Assembly (NCBI RefSeq): GCF_036971445.1
Contig: NC_091473.1
Location: 79,856,001 to 79,920,000 of the forward strand
DNA: 64,000 nucleotides
Origin: Narcine bancroftii
Lineage: Eukaryota
Direction: 5' to 3'
Of the stretch, positions 26,001 to 41,000 are shown in pieces. The notes beneath the pieces were generated by a model that saw only the letters and a program-made list of their open reading frames with translations, had not been told where the DNA came from and searched no databases. The position numbers and the translations under genes are program-made. How positions within the stretch are numbered: the first letter of the stretch is position 1; each line of letters starts with the position of its first letter.

Positions 26001-29000
26001 TGTCTGCGGCATTCTCTCCTACCTCGATGAAGGGCTCAAACCTGAAATGTTGGTTATGTATTTTTCCCTTTTCTACCTGCTGAGCTTCTCCAGCATTTTG
26101 TTTTCAAAAATTTCAACATAATATTTGCAATAATGAGTTTGAAAAATAATAAATGGGAATAGTTAAAATTGCTCAATTAGTGGTAATAATAAGTAACTGA
26201 AGATCCTTTAATAATTTTAGAATCGGCAACTAATGAATGATGTACACAAAACAGATTTTAAATTTCCTTTACTTTGTTCTCATAATGAGATATTTTAAAG
26301 TGCAGTAATTATTTGACTAGTAAGTTTGTGATGCAGATAGTTATTTGAACTGACATTTCTTGCATCTATTTTTAACTTTCAATCTTATTTTCAGTCCCTT
26401 GTGACCCGCAGAATGTCAAAGTACAACTGGATTGTAACCTCAATTCAGCACTGGTGTTGTGGGACTACAGTAAAGGAGCTTTGGAGTACACTGTCATTGC
26501 GGAAGGAAATGATGGAAGCACCATGTCATGCAGCACAATAAAAACATCATGTCGAACACCCTTGTTACTCTGCAGCCAGTTATACTCTGTGTATGTTTTA
26601 GCAGCGGACGGTGCATGTAACCACTCTGTGAGTTCAACAGTTGAAATTCAAACAGGTAACACATAATTTCATTATCTCAGAACCATAGAACACTACAGAA
26701 CAGAAACAAGCCCCTTTGGCCCTTGCCGAACCATTTTTTTGCCTAGCCCCACTGACCTGTGCCCAGTCCATAGCCCTCCGTACCCCTCCCATCCATGAAC
26801 CTGTCCAAATTCTTCTCAAATGTTCAAAATGAGCCTGCATTCACCACCTCAGCTGGCAGCTCGTTCTACACTTCCACCACTCTCTGTGTGAAGAAGTTCC
26901 GCCTCATGTTCCCCATAAACTTTTCCCCATTCACCTTAACCCATGTTCTCTGGTTTGTATCTCACCTACTTTCAGTGGGAAAAGCCTATCTACATTTACT
27001 CTCTCTGACCCCCTCATACTTTTAAATACTTCTATCAAATCTCCCCTCACCCTTCTATGTTCCAGGGAATAAAGTCCTAATCTGTTTAACCTTTCCCTGT
27101 AACTCAGTTCCTGAAGTCCAGGTAACATCCAAGTAAATCTTCTCTGCACTCTTTATATCTTTCCTGTAGTTAAGTGACCAAAACTGCACACAATAATCCA
27201 AATTTGGCCTCACCAATGTCTTATACAACTTTACTATAACATCCCAACTTCTGTACTCAATACTTTGATTTATGAAGGCCAATATGCCAAAAGTTCTCTT
27301 TACAAACCTATCCACCTGTGAAGCCACTTTTAGGGAATTGTGTATCTGTATTCCCAGATCCCTCTGTTCTACTGCACTCTTCAGTGACTTACCATTCAAC
27401 ATGTACTTCCTTTCTTGGTTTGACCTTCCAGAATGCAGCACCTTGCACTTGTCTGCATTAAATTCTATCTGCCATTTTTCAGCGCACTTTTCCAGCTGGT
27501 CCAGATCCCTCTACAAGCTTTGAAAATCATCTTCGCTGTCCACAACACCTTCAATCTTAGTGTCATCTGCAAACTTGCTGATCCAATTTACCACATTATC
27601 ATCCAGATAATTGATATAGATGACAAACAACAATGGTCCCAGTACCAATTCCTGAGGCACACCACTAATTACAGGGCTCCAATCTGAGAAGCAATCATTC
27701 ACCACTACACTCTGGCTTCTCCTGTCCAGCCATTGTTGAATCCAGTTCATTACTTCACCATGAATACCTAGCATCTGAACCTTCCTGACTAACCTCCCAT
27801 GTGGGACCTTGTCAAAGGCTTTACTAAAATCAATATCCACAGCCTCTCCTTCATCAACTTTCTTAGTAACCTCCTCAGAAAACTCTATAAGATTGGTTAA
27901 ACATCGCCTACCTCGCACAAATCCATGTTGAATATCCCTAATGAGTTTCTGGCTATCCAAATAATTGTATATGCAATCTTTAGAACACTTTCAAATAGTT
28001 AATCTAGTACTGATGGCAGACTCACTGGCCCATAATCTTCTGGATTACTTTTGGAGCCTTTTTAAAATAGAACAATGTGAACTATCATCTAATCCTCTGA
28101 CACAACTCCTGTGGCTAAATATTTTTGTCAGATCCCCTGCCACTTCTACACTAGGCTCCCTCAAGGTCCAAGGGAATATCTTGTCAGGCCCTAGGGATTT
28201 ACCCATCCTTATTTGCTTTAAGACAGCAAACACTTCCTCCTCTTTGATCTGCATTTGTTGCATGACCTACTTGCTTGTTTTCCTTACTTTCCACCAAATC
28301 TTACTTATTTCTTCTGAACCAGATCCCCAATATCCCTTGAAAACCAAGGTTCCCTATGTCTGTTTCCTGAGTGAATACTGATGAAAATAAAACATTTAAG
28401 ATCTCCCCAATCTCTTTTTAGCTCCATACAAAGCTGACCACTCTGATTTTAAAGGGGGCAAATTTTGACCTTTACTATCCTTTTGCTCTGAATATACCTG
28501 TAGAAACCCTTAGGATTTTTCTTCACATTGTCTGCAAAGCAACCTTATGTCTTCTTTTAGACTTCCTGATTTTTTTCTTGATGTTTTTCTTGCATTTTCT
28601 ATACTCCTCAAGTACCTCATTTGCTCCATGTTGTCTAAACCTGCTCTACACCTCTCTCTTCTTCCAAACCAGATCCCCAATATCCCTCGAAAATCAAGGT
28701 TTTCTTGCCTTTAATCCTGAAAGGAACATACAAACTCTATACTCTCAAATTTCACCTTTGAAGGTCTTCCACTTACCTCATACATCCTTGTCCCAAAACA
28801 ACTTATCCCAATCCACACATTCTAGATCCTTTCACATTTCCTCAGAATTGGCCTTTCTCTAATGTAGAATCTCAACCTGAGGCCCAGGCCTATCCTTCTC
28901 CATAATTCACTTGAAACTAATGGCATTATCATCATTGGACCCAAAATGTTTCCCTGCATATACTTCTGTCTTCTGTCCTGTCTTGTTTCCTAATAGGAAA

Positions 29001-32000
29001 TTCAGTATGGCACTTCTCTTGATACCTCTATATATTGATTTAGAACATTTTCCTGAACACATTTGATAAAATCCAAGCCATCCAGCCCTTTTACAGTTTG
29101 AGAGTCCAAGTCAATATGTGAAAAGGTAAAATCTCCTACAGCTGTCTGCTATCTCTCTACAGATTTGCTCCTCCAAATCTCATGAGTGTGGTCATACCTT
29201 TCCCGTTCCTCAGCTCCACCATATAGCCTCAGTAGACAAGCCCTCTTGTCTGTCCTGTCTGAGAACAGCTGTGATATTTGCCTTGATAGCAATGCCACTC
29301 CTTCCCCTTTCATACTCTTCCCTCACCCCCCCTGCTGATTTTATCACATCTAAAGCAACGGAAGCCTGGAACATTAAGCTGCCAGCACTGCCTCTCCTGC
29401 AACCAAGTTTCACTAATGGCCACAATGTCATAATTCCAAGTGCCAATCCACGCTCCAAGCTCATCTGCCTTTCTTACAATACTCCTTACATTGAAATAGA
29501 TGAACCTGAGAATATTTCAGCCACATAAAACCTGTTGACTTCTAACAGTACATGCAATTTTCTCATCATCTTTTCCCTCCTCCACTCTTCTATCTGCTCT
29601 GGAACTCTAATTTCCATCCCCATGCAAATCTAGTTTAAATCCACTGGAGCAGAATTAGCAAACCTTCCCGAATGGATATTAGTCCCCTTCTAGTTCAGAT
29701 ACAAACCGTCACATTGGAACAGGTCTCACCTTCCCTGGAAGAGAGCCCAATATCCAGAAACCGGAAGCCCTCCCTCCTGCACCATGTCTTTAGCCACGTG
29801 TTAACCTGCATTATTCTCTTATTTCTAACCTCATTACCATGTGGCATGGGTAGCAACCCTGAGATCACAACCCTTCATGTCCTTCAACCGAGTGCCTAAC
29901 TCCCTGAACTCTCCTTTTAGTACCTCCTCACCCTTTTTACCCACGTCTTTGGTCCCTACATGGTCTACAACATCTGGCTGCTCACCATCCTTCCTGAGAA
30001 TGCTGTGAACTTGATCTGAGATATCTTGGACTCTTGCACTAGGAGGCAACATACCATCCAGGATACTTGATCTCTTCCACAGAGCCTCTTATCTGTCCCC
30101 CAACTATGAAATCGCCTATCACCAAAGCTTGCTTCTTCTCCTCCCTTCCCTTCTTAACCACAGAACCAGACTCCATGCCAGAGACTTGATCTCCATGGCC
30201 TGTTACTAGTAGCACCCCCCCCCCCCCCCGCAAGAGAATGCAAAATGGTATACGTTATTGAGGGGAACAGCCATAGCGGGACCTGTACTACACTCTCCTG
30301 AATGTCACCCATCTTACCTCCTCCTGCCTCCTACATGTGATGGTGTCCCTGTAACTCCCTCTATCACCCCCTCTGCCTCCTGAATGATCCGGGGTTCATC
30401 CAACTCCAGCTCCAATTCCTTAACTTAGCTTGTCAGGAGCTGCAGTTGCCTACATTCTTGCACTATCTTATGTTTCATGTAGTCACAATAAAGCTTACAG
30501 CAAGATTTACTGAGCTTTGTAGATTGCAATGTATTGACAAAATGATGCAAAAGTTTTAAAAAAGAACTGTGTAAATGATGAATTCACAATTACATAATAT
30601 TTTAGACATTTATTAACTCACTTCTATTCATTGTCAATTGCATTCAGCATCTTTCTGCCCATTCTTTTGACCTCAAACTTTTCTTGTAGTCCATATCAGC
30701 CAACTTTGTTCTTGGTGTTTTCTGCACAGCTAATAACCACAGAATACCTCTCTACATAGATAATAAAAATGAGTCTCTGCCATTGCTTCTCAAACAACAA
30801 GTACATATATTCTCCATGGCTTATGTCTCTTGACCACCAAACTACCCATGTTGCTACGTTTCCTCTTCAACATTTGCCTAATTTCTTTCCAACCTGCCAA
30901 TCTGTGATGCCAAAATTCTTCTTTTTCTTTTCTTTGGCTTGGCTTCGCGGACGAAGATTTATGGAGGGGTATGTCCATGTCTGCTGCAGACTCATTGGTG
31001 ACTGACAAGTCCGATGCGGGACAGGCAGACACGGTTGCAGCGGTTGCAGGGGAAAATTGGTTGGTTGGGGTTGGGTGTTGGGTTTTTCCTCCTTTGTCTT
31101 TTGTCAGTGAGGTGGGCTCTGCGGTCTTCTTCAAAGGAGGTTGCAGCCCGCCGAACTGTGAGGCGCCAAGATGCACGGTTTGAGGCGATATCAGCCCACT
31201 GCCGGTGGTCAGTGTGGCAGGCACCAAGAGATTTCTTTAGGCAGTCCTTGTACCTTTTCTTTGGTGCACCTCTGTCTCAGTGGCCAGTGGAGAGCTCACC
31301 ATATAACACGATCTTGGGAAGGCAATGGTCCTCCATTCTGGAGACGTGACCCACCCAGCGCAGTTGGGTCTTCAGCAGCGTGGATTCGATGCTTGCGGAC
31401 TCTGCCAGCTCGAGTACTTTGATGTTGGTGATGAAGTCATTAATTAATGAATGAATGAATGTTGAGGATGGAGTGGAGCCAAAATAATCTTCTGATAAAC
31501 CACCTCCACTTCCTCATGAAGATAGGCAAAAATCCAACTGACTCCACAAGCTTGCCCCACATTCATCATGAAGTAAACAGGAAGTTTAAGAGCTTGATTC
31601 TAATTAGTACAATTACCATCACTCTAAGAAATGATTGTTCACAGTAGTTACAAGACAGGACGTTAAATGTTTCACATCATGCAATTTAGCAGTAAAAACC
31701 CTTTCTCCCAAACAAAAGAAAGGCTTAGAAACTCATCTTTAAATGCTATTTTTGCATGCATCTGTTTCAACTTGTTAGAAATAGAAGTACCTTTAAAGAA
31801 ATTGCTCGAGACAACAATGCAAAGTTGGGTGCTTCCCCTTACCCTGGGAATACACACATACACTGGGGCTCACCCAACTTTTATACAGTTGATTTCAGTA
31901 TAGGAATACCCTCCCCCTTACATTCTTCTGCCTCCTGCTGGAGAGGTTTGGCATTAGGCAATCCTTCCTGCCTACGTGCAGTTTCAGTATACTTGGAGGA

Positions 32001-35000
32001 CCAGGGGGTATCCTGTCGGTGTCCCTTCATGTTATTGTCCTTATTCACACCTTCCTGATTCTCGGGGCTACAGTCTCTTGGTATGCAGAGTTGGCTCATC
32101 CTGTCTAGGGTTGGCTAATTTAACATGTATAAATCTGTGTAAGGTTAGCTAATTAGATATGTAGGACTTGGTACATCTGTCCAGGGCTAGGAGACCCTTA
32201 TCTGATCCAGACTACCTCAACTTCCTACATTCTATTGTTCCTTACCACTCCTTATCTTAGTCTTATGGTGGCTCTTGTCACAAAGAGTAGAAGATTCTTA
32301 TGTTAATCGTGCTGACTCTGCTTTCTGTCATGATAATGAATATGTATGAGATGTACCGGAAGTAACGTGGTATAAGAGAGAGATAAGAGCACAAGCAGGA
32401 GAACAAAGGAAACTGGAAAATAAAGCCACTGAGAAGTTTACCTGATAAAACTTGTGTTTAATGTTTTATTAACTTCACATTTCGGGCCACAAATGTGACA
32501 TTGGCGACGAGGATGAAAGAAGCTTGAAGAAAATTAAAGACTAAACAAGATTACAGAGGATTACAGACAACTTCAAGGTGATAAGAATTTTCTCTTTGCT
32601 TAGTACTTTTGGGGCTGGAATATTTCCTCATGGCTGGTGCAGACGGTGACTTTCTAATGCATAGTGGAATTGCTCATTTTGACCCAATGGGTGATGCAAG
32701 TACTGTAAGTGTGAAGTGGAAGGCATGGCTGGAAGAATTTGAATCCTACGCCGACAGTCGTGGCCTATTTCTAGATACCGGTACAGTTGAACAAAAAGCG
32801 CAGAGAAGGGCGTTACTTCTTTTCACTGCTGGACCCGCAGTTTGGGAAACATTTAAGATACTTTTGAATACTGGAAGACAGGATGAGTACCGGAAAGCGG
32901 TAGATGCATTAAATGCACATTATGTAGTGACACCGAATGCTACATTTCAACGCCATTTGTTTCAGAGAACGAGTCAAGAAGATGGCCAGACAATTGCTCA
33001 GTACGTGACGAGACTACGCCAGCTAGCTGTTGGATGCAATTACATGCCAGCTGATTTGGACAACCAATTATTGGATCAAGTCGTACAGCACTGCAGATCA
33101 GATAAATTCAGAAGACGTCTACTGGAAAGAGGGAGTGAGTTGGGACTCACCGATGCTTTAGCCATTGCTGCTGCATTAGAGGCTGTTGAAGGGCAATTTC
33201 ATACCATGTCCCTGAAAGACAACTCAAGCCAGCAAATTAAGAGGCTCTCACATCGCCATAACCAGCCAAGATATACGCCGACACATGACGTGGAGTGTTA
33301 TCGATGTGGAAACCGAGGTCACTTTGGAAAAGACCCATATTGCCCGGCCAAAGGCAAAGTTTGCAGAAAGTGTGGAGGTAAGGACCACTTTGCAACGAAG
33401 TGCAAAAGCAAGTCCAATGCAGACCAGAAGAGGAAGAGTACAACTTCCAAAGGCAAAGCCTGGGGGAAAGGAAAGTATCCTGGAAAGAAAGATACCATTC
33501 GCCAGATAGACGGTGACGATGATGATACCCAGGAGGAACAGAGTTGTTACCAATTTACGCTGAATGAAGTACGTCATGAGAAGGTCCCAGTGATCATTGG
33601 TGGAGTGACAGTGCAGGTCATTGTAGACTCAGGCAGTGACAGTAATGTGATTGATCGACATTTATGGGAGAAGTTGAAAAGGAAAAAGATCATCTGTACC
33701 TCAAAGAAGTGTTCCAAGAAACTGTATCCATACACAGCAACCAAGCCATTGCAGACCATTGGATGTTTTACTGCAACTGTTGAAGCTGGAGATAAGTACA
33801 CCGAAGCAGAGTTTATGGTCATAGAAGAGAGGGGAGAACCATTGCTGAGTAGAAGCACAGCGCAAGACCTGGCAATACTTCATATTGGAGCTTGTGTCAA
33901 TTCAATTCAGTCATACGAGGATATGAAGCAAGAATTCCCCGCAGTCTTCCAAGGAGTAGGAAAGCTGAAAGGTCGACAATTGAAGCTAGCGATAGATGAA
34001 ACGGTCAAACCCAAGGCACAACCAATGCGCCGAACTCCGTTTGGACTTCGTGGGAAAGTCGAAGCCAAAATTAAAGAATTGATCGAACAAGACATTATTG
34101 AACCTGTGGAACATTCGACTCAATGGGTCAGCCCAGTAGTGATTGTGCCAAAACCAAAGGGTGACATAAGACTATGTGTTGACATGAGAATGGCCAATGA
34201 AGCTATAATTAGAGAACGACACCCTATACCAACAGTGGAGGAAATTCTTCAAGAACTAACTACCAGCAAGGTATTCTCAAAAATTGATCTGAAGTGGGGC
34301 TATCATCAATTAGAGCTGGATCCAGGTTCCCGAGATGTGACAACATTTGTGACTCACTGTGGATTGTATCGTTACAAGAGACTATCATTTGGAATTGATG
34401 CAGCTTCTGAGATCTACCAGTATGAAATCCATCGAGTGATTCAAGGCATTTCTGGAGTTGCCAACATTTCTGACGACATCATAGTCCATGCACCAACGAA
34501 GGAAGAGCATGACAAACGGTTGAGGCGTGTACTATCTAGACTACAGGAGGCAGGCCTTACCGTGAATGGAAACAAGTGCCAGTTCGGTGTGTCAGAAATG
34601 GACTTCATGGGACACAAACTTACACGGGAAGGACTAAACCCTGCAGAGGCCAAGGTGAAAGCTATTGCAGAGGCACGTGCACCTCAGAACGCAACAGAGG
34701 TGAGGAGTTTCCTGGGATTGGTCAATTTTTGTGCAAAGTTCATTCCTAATTTCGCTACAGTGGCAGAACCACTAAGGAAACTAATCAGGAAAGGTGTACC
34801 ATTTCATTTTGGATCTGAGCAGAAGAAAGCATTCACAGCGCTGAAGCAAAGCCTGACAGATGCAAAAACTCTTGGATATTACGATCCGGCGGCATCAACC
34901 AAAGTCATAGCGGATGCCAGCCCAGTTGGTTTAGATGCATGATGGAGGACCACGAATCATTGCCTATGCCAGCAGATCGTTATCAGATGTGGAAAGAAGA

Positions 35001-38000
35001 TACTCTCAGACAGAGAAAGAAGCACTCGGACTTGTATGGGCCTGTGAGAGGTTCCATGCATATTTATATGGCATTGAATTTGAACTCATCACAGATCATA
35101 AGCCATTAGAGGTGATCTATGCACCTAGATCCAAACCATGTGCCAGAATAGAGAGATGGGTACTCAGACTACAACCCTACAAATATAAAGTAATCCACAT
35201 TGCAGGGAAAGCAAACATTGCTGATCCGCTGTCCAGATTGGTGAAGGATGGTGGTCCACAATCCAAGTCAGAATTGGGAACAGAAACAGAGAGCTTTGTT
35301 ACGCTTCGTAGCTATTCAGTCGACACCGAAAGCTGTGACTACGAAGGAAGTCGAGAGAGAATCCGAACGTGATCCAGAACTCATGGAAGTAAGAGAATGC
35401 ATACAGAGTGGACAATGGGACAAGTGTACTCACAAGGCTTACATTCCCATTAGAGACGAACTTTGTTGCATCGGACAGTGTGTATTGAGAGGTTGCAGAT
35501 TGGTGATACCGCAAAGATTGAGACCGAAGATCATATGCTTAGCGCATGAAGGACACCTAGGTATTGTTGGTACCAAGAAAAACCTCAGGACCAAGGAATG
35601 GTGGCCAGGTTGTGATAAAGACACAGAGAAATTTATCAAAACTTGTCACAGATATCAAATCACAAGTAGGAGTAATCCGCCAGAACCGATCCGGAGTACG
35701 CAACTTCCGACAGGACCATGGATCGACGTAGCTGTTGATTTTATTGGACCTTTACCGACGGGTGAATCAATTATGGTAGTGATAGATTACTACAGCAGAT
35801 ACTATGAGTACGTGGTGTTGAAGTCCACAACCACTGAAAAAACAATACAAGCATTAGCAGAGATATTCGCAAGATATGGATTACCTGTTACATTATACTC
35901 TGACAATGGTCCACAATTCATTTCAGAGACATTTGCGGAATTCATGAGGACCACAGGTATCCACCATCATAAAGTAACTCCGAAATGGCCACAAGCCAAC
36001 GGAGAAGTAGAGAAACAAAATCAGTCCATTGAAAAACGATTGAGGATTGCACACGCAGAAGGACAACATTGGCGAGAAGCATTGCTATCTTATGTGGCTG
36101 TCTATCGAGCAACGCCTCATGCAACCACTGGAAAAAGTCCTGCAGAAGCATTTTTTGGGAGAAAAATCCGCACAAAAATGCCAGAAATAAAGGAAATCCG
36201 AGACGACCAGGAGATGAGGGACTACGATGCTGAAAAGAAAGGTGCAGCAAAGCTGTACACAGATTCGAAACGTGGAGCCAAGTACTCAGACATCATGCCA
36301 GGAGATAATGTTCTAGTGAGGCATGAAAATGGTGGTAAGCTAGACACACCTTATTACCATCAACCCTATACTGTCGTATCCAGAAGTGGCAGTATGGTGA
36401 CAGTCAAGTCTCCGACTGGAGTCCTGTATAAGAGAAATGTATCAGGTGTAAAAAGGTACCAGTCCAGAGATACATCGAGCGAAGAGGTTGAAAGGCCAAT
36501 ACGAGATGCTGAAACTGAGAGACCTGATGATGTTCCAGAGGCAGTTACCAGCACTCCTGATGAAGTGACTAGAGCGCCAGAAAGACCCGAAGCCGTGGCG
36601 AGCAGTATTTCCGACGCCGAGAGTGAACAACCAAGAAACGACGACAATATCGCAGGCAGGCCGAAACGAAACCGGAAAGCGCCCAAACGATACGAAGACT
36701 TTGTGCCATAGTTTTAATAAGAACTTTGGGACAGTATTTTAATCTTATATCATAAAGTGCATGTCTGAGTGCTGTAGGAAATAAATTTTATGTAGTTGAG
36801 TCATAGTATTACCATTAGTTACGATGTTTGTATGTTTCCGAGGGATATTGGTAAATGAAGGTAAAGTTTATTTCTGATTAAAGGAGGGATGTCATGATAA
36901 TGAATATGTATGAGATGTACCGGAAGTCACGTGGTATGAGAGAGAGATAAGAACACAAGCAGGAGAACAAAGGAAAAGGGAAAATAAAGCCACTGAGAAG
37001 TTTACCTGATAAAACTTGTGTTTAATGTTTTATTAACTTCACATTTCGGGCCACAAATGTGACACTTTCCTACATCCTAATCCCCAAGCTCATCCTGTTT
37101 GTACTGGTTACAGCCATTAACTGATGTATGAATTTTAGTTTCCTTCATGTTCATAATTTTAGATCAGTTTTCCCATCTCTCACAAACTGAACTAGGAACT
37201 GCCTTTGCCTTTATCTGTCCTGTTTCTCTCATATCTTCAGCCCCCTGCAGTCCCCAGAATGTCAGTGCCTATTTGGACTGTGACACACACACAACATCAG
37301 TGTGGTGGGAGCAGAGTGATGGTACCGCGTTCTACACTGCCATAGCAGAAGGAATGGAAGGAGACAGGTACTCGTGCAATGCAACAGAAGCAAACTGTGA
37401 GATCATGGGGCTCCCGTGTGGCCAGATGTACAGTGTAACTGTGTTTGCAATGGACGAGAACTGCACCAGTTTACCAAGTCCAGCTTTTGAAATTCAAACA
37501 GGTATGATTATAGCTATCTTCCTATGACAATTAACAGAATCATTACCAAACAGGAGTAATTTGAATTGGTATGGCATCATAAAACTTTTAACCAAAACCT
37601 TTGGTACAAAATTATTTATTCACCTGTTGATCTTGCCAGATGCTGTTTAGTTTGAGTAACTCTTTTTCATTTTCATTAAATAATATTTATATAATGTACA
37701 ATTTTAGGTCTGTTTGTAACATTAAATTTATCTAAATTTAAAAATTCCATTCTCCACTTCCTCATTCTGCAGACCCTTGTATCCCACAGAATGTGGTAGC
37801 TCACATCAACTGTGAAAATAACACTGTGTCAGTGTCATGGGATCCCAGTAATGGCTCAGAGTCATATCATGTATCTGCACAAGGAACCAATGGTCATTGG
37901 GCCTCCTGTCAAACAACAGGCACTGAATGTGAGGTCTCCGATGTGTATTGTGGACTGAACTATTATATAACTGGGCAGGGAATCCGCATGGAATGTAACA

Positions 38001-41000
38001 GCTCACAAAGTTCTGCTTTGACAATTAAAGCAGGTAATTTTGTAGAATATGTAGAATATTAAATTCTGCAGGCATTACGTGGAATGCTTTCTTCTTTGTT
38101 TCATACTGTTACGTGGTTCAATATATGTACTTTAGGTTCAGTTTATCAATTTTTTTCTTGCAGTTCCTTGTGTCCCCCAGAATGTTGATGCTCACATCGA
38201 CTGTGATGATGGACATATGTCAGTCTCCTGGGGGTTCAGTAAAGGAGCAATATCATACATTGCTACTGCAGAAGGAAGCAACATGCAGCAATGCAGCACC
38301 AACGATACACTGTGTGATATCACTGACCTGTATTGTGGAGAGACCTACACTGTCACAGTCCATGCGCACGATGACACGTGTGACACTGTTGAAAGCCCTT
38401 CTATTACAAGGAGAACAGGTAACTGGAGAAATGCAACTTCCCTGAATCACAAATTTCTTTGTCAGTCACATTGTGACAGAATATGTTGTGTTTTATATTG
38501 TATATAGATATGATATTGGGAGATAAAGAGTGGCAGGTTCTTTTAGTGTAGATGACATACAAACACTTGAAAATATATCTAATTTAAAATACAGGAGCTC
38601 TGCTCAAGCTAGACAGACTGGCTCTGAATACCTTTGCAAAAACTTTGGGGCGTGCCCAAGGGACTTCACTAATGGAATGTTGTTCTGAAAAGCAACAGAT
38701 GAAAGAACTCGGAAGATTAGGTTCAGAGCCGCAGTCGGTCTGAGTGGAGGTTGCTGTTCTAAGAGGGTCATGTGGATTTGCAAGCAGAGAGAGTCAAACA
38801 AGCTTTTCTGTGAGAAAGGGAGAGAGAGAATACAGTTCTGCAGTTTTTACAGTTCAACAGCAGCAGCTGGGACTGGAACGGGACAATCTGGGAAGCGTGT
38901 GGAAAAAAACCATTTTGAAGACGTGTTGTGAATGCTTAGTTCAGCCTAGTCAAAGCCCTTGTGATTCATACAAGAGATGAGGACTGGCTGCCTAATATTT
39001 CACTTGAAATAAGAGAAATGAAAAGGAACTCTGCGGTGATCTGAAAGAAACAGGCTATATCATCTGGAAAACCCTGATGGGGAAAGTTTCTTTGGCAAGA
39101 TACTGATGTGGCTCTTTGTGTCCAGGAACAACAAATCTCTTTCTGAAAACTGATAAGAACCTTCCTGAGCAATAATCATTTATCTTTCAAACACCAAAGC
39201 TTGGTGAACTTCATAAATATTAAATTATGTGCTCATTATAAGAATTGCCTGCAACCAATGAACTTTGAGGAATGAGAAATGAGATTGGACTGCGAATTAA
39301 AGAACTTTCCTAAACGTATATATACATTAGAATATGTGTGCTTAGAATTAGAAGGGGGTTAAGTTAGGTTAGTTAAGTTAATAGTAATAAGATAAAGTTT
39401 GAACCTGTTTTCACATTTAAAGATAATTAAAAGCAATTTTTGTTTAAGTAACCATTTGTCTTGGTGAATATTTATTGCTGCTGCGTTTTGGAGTCCTCTG
39501 GGCTTGCGTCAACACCAATGCTGAATTCTGGACTGGACAAAACATTGTTCTCCTTGATGATTTCAGTAAATAAGCAACTCCCTATGTGTACCACCCTTAA
39601 CAAATATCTTTCATCTTTTTTTTCAGTTTCGTGCATCCCACAGAATCTGGATGTGCAGCTGGACTGTGACACAAATGATGCTTCAGTGCTGTGGAGCCAC
39701 ACGAGAGGTGCAGTGTCTTACTCTGCAACAGCAGAAGGAAGTGATGGGCACACAGTGTCCTGTGAGACATCCAAGAGAGAATGTCAGATAACTGAGCTAC
39801 ACTGTGGACAGATGTATAATTTAACTCTGACAGCACTGGACGGAGTGTGTGACAACTCACAAAGCCCCCTGTTTGTGTTCAACACTGGTAGGTCTTTTGT
39901 GTGGAATAGGATAATTTAATATAAATATATCATGTTCAAAATTGCATTTTATCTGCTCACTTGTTTATTTGCACGTAGTATTGTAGCAGCCCGCATCCTG
40001 CTCCGCGGTCAGACACAGGAAATGGCCGTCGAACACAGTGATCGAGCAACCAGCACATGGGATGAGACGCCCGCTCCCATAGGCAGCAAGAATAGCGGTT
40101 GAATTGACCAATCACCACCAGCGGATTGCAGGGGGTGCAATCCAGACCCGCACATCTGGGACAGCCAATCGGCAGCCGGCCTCACTCAAGCCCTGCCCCG
40201 GTAGTGACGCGGCCGGCTGCCTATAAAATGCAGAACTGCAGCCCAATAAAGTCAGTGTCAAATACACTTCCTTCGTGTGAGTCTTCTTTCTTCAACCTCG
40301 AGCTATAACCACATTATACCTCGAGCTACAACCGTAGCAACCCCAGTACAGTCTTTTAATATATCCAAAACTCTTTATTGAGATTGGATACTTGGATATT
40401 TTAGAGTAATTGCAAGAGGTCATGATTGAAAATCTAAGATGTAAGATTTTCAGAGAAGCAATTTAAATCAACTTCAAAAGTAAATTCCACACACCTGTTC
40501 CTTCTTGTTTGAAATCACCACATAAAACAACAAACTGATTTTTCCAAGTTGTGGAGGCTGCTGAGATTTGAAGGTATACAGAAATATGCAAGAAGCTGAA
40601 AGACAGTGACTGTTTTTTTTAGAAGGAAAGGAAATGTTTTCTGAAGTCGTGAGACCATTGTTCAATTTGAAATAGAAATGAATGTGGGATTATCATTTAT
40701 ACTGCACTCCCCAACTTGCGACCTATGAAACTTAAGCACATACACTGAATTTTTTAAAAATACAGAAAGAATATAAAACTTACACAATTACGGTGAAAAC
40801 TTGGGCCAATCAATGATGGTTGCCATGTTGTCTGGTGGTTAACCTCTCGCAAGAGCTGCCCTTGGTGGCCTCCATGTTGAGATATTTCACCGAATTTTAA
40901 CTCCTTGTGAATTTTTTCTGATTCTGTTGCTCAATATTCTGACAGTCAGACAGATTTTAGAGGCCAGTGGAGTTGGCAGGGCTCTGCAGCAGAGAGAATG

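Larger units (their letters stand above)
32326..37064 (+). mobile_element. Full-length Ty3/Gypsy LTR retrotransposon (Mag-like), frameshifted
   Basis: 175-bp LTRs at 32326-32500 and 36890-37064 (TGT..ACA, about 5 mismatches); TSD CTTTC; PBS TGGCGACGAGGATG (complementary to tRNA-Ser(GCU) 3' end); PPT AAAGGAGGGA; domain order Gag-PR-RT-RH-IN. Confidence 0.97.
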
